Assembly (NCBI RefSeq): GCF_001457615.1
Contig: NZ_LN831024.1
Span: 4,710,001 to 4,742,000, forward strand
Length of the DNA stretch: 32,000 nucleotides
Direction: 5' to 3'
Source: Pseudomonas aeruginosa
GTDB taxonomy: Bacteria; Pseudomonadota; Gammaproteobacteria; Pseudomonadales; Pseudomonadaceae
Part shown: positions 28,192-32,000 of the stretch, in pieces
Layout of the letters: the number at the start of each line of letters is the position of its first letter
How positions within the stretch are numbered: position 1 is the stretch's first letter
Program-made: the position numbers and the translations under genes
Notes under the pieces: model-generated
Told to the model about the DNA's origin: nothing
Seen by the model: the letters and a program-made list of their open reading frames with translations, nothing else
Databases searched by the model: none

Positions 28192-28638
28192 ATGTTCTTT
28201 TATTGCCCGAAGACTGGCGGCTTTTACTCTCCAGAGGTACATGGTGAACAAATGCCAGCGGAATCGGAGCTTTGGCCTCTGACGGATGAAGAGTACGAGG
28301 CACTGCTCGACGCTCAGGGCCAGGGACTGTTGATCGTCGCTGGCAAGGATGGACAGCCGGTCGCCACGCCACCACCACCTCTCGGAGACGAGGCTCTGGC
28401 AACGATCGAGCGCGATTGGCGCGACCGCCAGCTCGACGACACCGACGCCCTGGTCGCACGTCACCGCGACGAGCTCGAGGTTGGTACCACGACGCTCAGC
28501 ACTGAGCAGTACCAGGCGCTGCAGGCGTACCGCCGCCAACTGCGCGACTGGCCGGAGTCTGGTGAGTTTCCGCTCGCAGAACACCGGCCGGCCGCACCGG
28601 ACTGGCTCGAAGCCCTCTTCGCAGATGGCATCTTGTAG
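28192..28638 (+). CDS. Tail fibre assembly chaperone (P2 gpG family)
   Basis: ATG at 28192 after GAGGTGG; the track start at 28180 is a TTG. MFFYCPKTGGFYSPE... is typical of gpG-type chaperones. Confidence 0.85.
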   Translation: MFFYCPKTGGFYSPEVHGEQMPAESELWPLTDEEYEALLDAQGQGLLIVAGKDGQPVATPPPPLGDEALATIERDWRDRQLDDTDALVARHRDELEVGTTTLSTEQYQALQAYRRQLRDWPESGEFPLAEHRPAAPDWLEALFADGIL

Positions 28639-28653
28639 CTTCACGCCGTACAA
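28633..28653. promoter_or_regulatory. Late-promoter dyad TTGTAG-N9-GTACAA upstream of sheath operon
   Basis: Its arms match the dyads at 16470 and 23467. It overlaps the gpG stop codon. Its centre is 86 bp upstream of the sheath ATG. Confidence 0.5.
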
Positions 28654-28728
28654 GCTTCCCGCCTCGCCCCTTCGCCGCGCGCGCGGCAGCCTGTGCAGTG
28701 TCATCCAACCACTGCACAGGCACACCCC

Positions 28729-29904
28729 ATGGCCGCTGACCAATATCATCACGGTGTCCGGGTCCAAGAGATCAATGACGGGACCCGCCCCATTCGCACC
28801 ATCGCCACCGCGATCATCGGCCTGGTAGCCACCGCCGAAGACGCCGACGCCACCGCCTTTCCACTCGATACGCCGGTACTCATCACCAACGTGCAGGCTG
28901 CCATCGGCAAGGCGGGCACCAGCGGTACGCTGCCCGCAAGCCTGCAAGCAATCGCCGACCAGGCCAACGCCGCCACTGTGGTGGTGCGGGTGAAGCCGGG
29001 CGAGGATGAAGCCGCGACCAATAGCGCGGTCATCGGCGGCGTCAGCGCCGATGGCAAGTACACCGGCATGAAGGCCTTGCTTGCCGCCAAGGCCCGCTTG
29101 GGCGTGGTACCGCGCATCCTCGGCGTGCCGGGCCTGGATACCCAGCCGGTCGCTACCGCACTCATCGCCATCGCCCAGCAACTGCGCGCCTTCGCTTATG
29201 TCTCCGCCAGCGGCTGCAAGACAAAGGAAGAGGCCATCGCCTACCGCGAGAACTTCGCCGCGCGCGAAGCCATGGTGGTCTGGCCGGACTTCCTGACGTG
29301 GAGCACCGTGGTCAACCAGACCGTGCCTGCGCCAGCTGTTGCCCAGGCACTGGGCTTGCGCGCCCGGATCGATCAGGAGGTCGGTTGGCACAAGACCCTG
29401 TCGAACGTCGCCGTCAACGGCGTGACCGGCATCAGCGCCGACGTGTTCTGGGACCTGCAGAGCCCCAGCACCGACGCCAACTACCTCAACGAGAACGAGG
29501 TCACCACCCTGGTGCAGGAAGGCGGATTCCGTTTCTGGGGCTCGCGCACCTGCAGCGATGATCCGCTGTTCGCCTTCGAGAACTACACCCGCACCGCCCA
29601 GGTGCTGGCCGATACCATCGCCGAGGCGCACATGTGGGCGGTCGACAAGCCCATGCACCCGTCGCTTGTGCGCGACATCCTCGAGGGCGTGAACGCCAAG
29701 TTCCGCGAGCTCAAGGGACTCGGCCTGATCATCGACGCCCAGGCCTGGTACGACCCCAACGTGAACGACAAGGACACGCTCAAGGCCGGCAAGCTGCGCA
29801 TCACCTACGACTACACCCCGGTGCCGCCGCTCGAGGACCTGACCTTCTTCCAGAAGATCACCGACAGCTACCTCGTCGACTTCGCCAGCCGCGTCAACGC
29901 CTGA
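28729..29904 (+). CDS. Contractile tail sheath protein (P2 gpFI family)
   Basis: Internal ATG at 28729 of track ORF 28693..29904. MAADQYHHGVRVQEINDGTRPIRTI... is a sheath N-terminus. 391 aa. Confidence 0.92.
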   Translation: MAADQYHHGVRVQEINDGTRPIRTIATAIIGLVATAEDADATAFPLDTPVLITNVQAAIGKAGTSGTLPASLQAIADQANAATVVVRVKPGEDEAATNSAVIGGVSADGKYTGMKALLAAKARLGVVPRILGVPGLDTQPVATALIAIAQQLRAFAYVSASGCKTKEEAIAYRENFAAREAMVVWPDFLTWSTVVNQTVPAPAVAQALGLRARIDQEVGWHKTLSNVAVNGVTGISADVFWDLQSPSTDANYLNENEVTTLVQEGGFRFWGSRTCSDDPLFAFENYTRTAQVLADTIAEAHMWAVDKPMHPSLVRDILEGVNAKFRELKGLGLIIDAQAWYDPNVNDKDTLKAGKLRITYDYTPVPPLEDLTFFQKITDSYLVDFASRVNA

Positions 29905-29960
29905 CGCCCAGCGCTCCCCGGACGGGGAGCCGACCCACCTGATTCCCGGAGAGCCCTACC

Positions 29961-30476
29961 ATGGCCATGCCGCGCAAGCTCAAGAACATGAACCTTTTCA
30001 ACGATGGCGGTAGCTACCAGGGCCTTGTGAAGTCCTGCACCCTGCCCCCGCTGGCCCGCAAGATGGAGCCCTTCCGCGGGGGCGGCATGAACGGCCCGGT
30101 CAAGGCCGACCTCGGCCACGACGACGACGGCATCCAGTTCGAGTGGACCGTCGGGGGCCTGGAGCTGACCGTCCTCAAGCAGTACGGCGCAGTCAGCGCC
30201 AGCGGCGTGATGCTGCGTTTCGCCGGCGCCTACCAGCAGGACGATACCGGCGCGGTCACGTCCGTCGAAATCGTCGTTCGCGGCCGGCACGAGACCATCG
30301 AAATGGGTGACGCCCAGCCCGGCGAAGACACCGAGCACAAGATCACCACCACCTGCAGCTACTACAAGCTCGTCGTCAACGGTGAGGAAGTCATCGAGAT
30401 CGACCTGCTGAACTTCGTCGAGAAGGTCAACGGCAAGGACCTGCTCGAGGCACAGCGCAAGGCCATCGGCCTGTAA
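29961..30476 (+). CDS. Tail tube protein (P2 gpFII family)
   Basis: 171 aa. MAMPRKLKNMNLFNDG.SY.G is the tube signature. It lies directly after the sheath gene. Confidence 0.92.
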   Translation: MAMPRKLKNMNLFNDGGSYQGLVKSCTLPPLARKMEPFRGGGMNGPVKADLGHDDDGIQFEWTVGGLELTVLKQYGAVSASGVMLRFAGAYQQDDTGAVTSVEIVVRGRHETIEMGDAQPGEDTEHKITTTCSYYKLVVNGEEVIEIDLLNFVEKVNGKDLLEAQRKAIGL

Positions 30477-30530
30477 TCCCTTCCCGCCGGCCCGACCGGC
30501 GGTTCCTCTCCCCCTTGGATACCGACGCCC

Positions 30531-30860
30531 ATGAAAACCGAACAGACTCCCGCTGACCTGCAGAACGCTCCCGACAACGTCGTAACCCTCGACCAGCCGA
30601 TCAAGCGCGGCGCCCAGTCCATCGAATCGCTCACCCTGCGCAAGCCCTCCTCTGGCGAACTCCGCGGCCTGCACCTGCTCGACCTGCTGCAGTTCGACGT
30701 GGCTGCGACCATGAAAATCCTGCCGCGCATCAGCCAACCGACCATCACCGAGCCCGAGGCCGCCGGCATGGACCCGGCTGACCTGCTCGCCTGCGGCCAG
30801 GTGATCGCCGGTTTTTTGCTGCAGAAGCGGGCGAAGGCGGCAGCCTCCCTGATCGCGTAG
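30531..30860 (+). CDS. Tail assembly chaperone (P2 gpE family)
   Basis: 109 aa, in the position before the tape measure. It contains the T TTT TTG slippery site near its 3' end. Confidence 0.85.
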   Translation: MKTEQTPADLQNAPDNVVTLDQPIKRGAQSIESLTLRKPSSGELRGLHLLDLLQFDVAATMKILPRISQPTITEPEAAGMDPADLLACGQVIAGFLLQKRAKAAASLIA

Positions 30861-30988
30861 AAAACGCCATGGCCGACCTGGCCGTGACGTTTCACTGGGC
30901 GCCGGACCATATGGACCGGCTCTCGCTCACCGAACTGATGGAATGGCGCGAACGCGCCCGGGTACGGAGTTCCGCCGATGGCGAATGA
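30531..30988 (+). CDS. gpE+E' -1 programmed-frameshift product
   Basis: The slippery heptamer T TTT TTG sits at 30812-30818 in the gpE zero frame. The -1 frame stays open to the TGA at 30986-30988. It encodes ...LAVTFHWAPDHMDRLSLTELMEWRERA, which is typical of gpE'. Confidence 0.75.
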
Positions 30989-32000
30989 CCTGCAGCTGCG
31001 CGTGCTGCTCAGCGCGATCGACAGAGCCACCGCTCCCCTGCGTCGCATCATGCAAGGCAGCGATGCGACGGCCCGGGCGCTCAAGGCAACTCGCGAGCGC
31101 CTGAAGCAGCTCAACGCTCAGCAGAGCGACGTACGCGCGTTCCGTACCCAGCGCGGCGCTCTGGAGCAGGTCAGCACCGCGCTGGCCGCGCAACAGGCCC
31201 GGGTGAAAGCGCTGGCCCAGCAGATGGCCACCGCCGGCAACCCCACCCGTGCGCTCACCCGCGACTACAACCGGGCCATCCGTGAAGCTGGTTTCCTCAA
31301 GCAGCAACACCTGCAGCAGAGCCAAGCCCTGCAGCAACTGCGCACGCGCCTCAGCAACGCCGGCATCAGCACCCGCAACCTCGGCCAGCATGAGCGCGAC
31401 CTGCGCGCGCAGATCCAGGCGGCCAACGGCGCCATCAACAGCCAGGCGCAGCGCTTGCGCAACCTCAGCCAGCAGCAGGAACGCCTGACCCACGCCCGAA
31501 ACACCTACAGCCGCGGCATCCAGAGCGCCGCCGCGCTGGCCGGCACCGGCATGGCGGCGCGCGCGACGGGCATGTACACCGGCGACAAGCTGCGGCAGAT
31601 GCTCGGCGTGGGCTACGAGTTCGACGCAACGATGTCGGCGACCCAGGCGGTGACCCGCATCGAGCGCAAGGACGATCCGCAGATGCAGGCGCTGCGGCAA
31701 CAGGCCCGCACCCTGCCGCTGTCCAGCAAATTCACCGACAAGGAAGTCGCCCAGGGCCAGTATTTCCTGGGCCGCACCGGCTACAACGCGAAGCAGATCC
31801 TCGGCGCCATGCCCGGCATGCTCAACCTGGCCGCCGCCGGCGACATGGACCTCGGCGACACCGCTGACATCGCCTCGAACATCCAGACGGCGATGGGTAT
31901 TCCGGCCGAGAAGATGGACCAGGTGGCCGACGTACTGACTGCGGCGTTCACCCGGAACAACGTCGACATCCGCATGCTCGGCGACTCGCTGAAGTACTCC
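30978..32000 (+). CDS. Tail tape measure protein (P2 gpT family), 5' partial (runs off window)
   Basis: The ATG at 30978 overlaps the E' end. The frame is open to the window edge. It is helical and Q/A/R-rich, followed by ...FDATMSATQAV...LGRTGYNA..., which are tape-measure motifs. Confidence 0.85.
   Translation, partial: MANDLQLRVLLSAIDRATAPLRRIMQGSDATARALKATRERLKQLNAQQSDVRAFRTQRGALEQVSTALAAQQARVKALAQQMATAGNPTRALTRDYNRAIREAGFLKQQHLQQSQALQQLRTRLSNAGISTRNLGQHERDLRAQIQAANGAINSQAQRLRNLSQQQERLTHARNTYSRGIQSAAALAGTGMAARATGMYTGDKLRQMLGVGYEFDATMSATQAVTRIERKDDPQMQALRQQARTLPLSSKFTDKEVAQGQYFLGRTGYNAKQILGAMPGMLNLAAAGDMDLGDTADIASNIQTAMGIPAEKMDQVADVLTAAFTRNNVDIRMLGDSLKYS

Larger units (their letters stand above)
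11858..32000. mobile_element. P2/phiCTX-like myovirus prophage, tRNA-proximal ~20 kb (continues past window end)
   Basis: It starts directly at the tRNA-Gly 3' end. It holds a collinear P2 structural module (Q P O N M L X lysis R S V W J I H G FI FII E/E' T) and a cos-like site. No integrase lies in the window. Confidence 0.9.

Noticed and set aside
28690-28720. The 11-bp-stem hairpin as the rho-independent terminator of the fibre operon.
   Set aside because: No U-tract follows the stem. It also lies downstream of the predicted sheath late-promoter dyad, so it is more likely part of the sheath mRNA leader.

Overview
This is high-GC chromosomal DNA that looks like Pseudomonas aeruginosa. Positions 1-11,857 carry core host genes that I recognise as the PAO1 PA0740-PA0730 neighbourhood. 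They include an NmrA-like NAD(P)-binding protein, the SDS/alkyl sulfatase SdsA1, a LysR regulator and a run of small Arg/Tyr/Asp-rich lipoproteins. They also include a membrane-protein pair, a CWC cysteine-rich protein, an RsuA-family pseudouridine synthase, two L,D-transpeptidase-family proteins and PhaG. A tRNA-Gly(UCC) at 11,784-11,857 marks the junction with a prophage. From 11,858 to the window end lies about 20 kb of a P2/phiCTX-like myovirus prophage; its integrase and immunity end is outside the window. The prophage starts with an att-proximal arm holding a dense GGTAATT/AATTACC repeat array, followed by a P2/186-like cos candidate. Next comes a lower-GC two-gene cargo: a zeta-toxin-like P-loop kinase plus a 52-aa ORF. 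The P2 gene order then follows: Q, P, O, N, M, L, X, holins, endolysin, Rz/Rz1, R and S. A reverse-oriented HTH cargo gene is wedged between gpS and gpV. After it come V, W, J, I, a mosaic tail fibre H, chaperone G, sheath, tube, E/E' and a truncated tape measure. The two cargo loci are the best candidates for uncharacterised phage-encoded exclusion, defence or toxin systems. Other notable points are an apparent one-base frameshift in the portal gene and a conserved 21-bp dyad at three late-operon boundaries.
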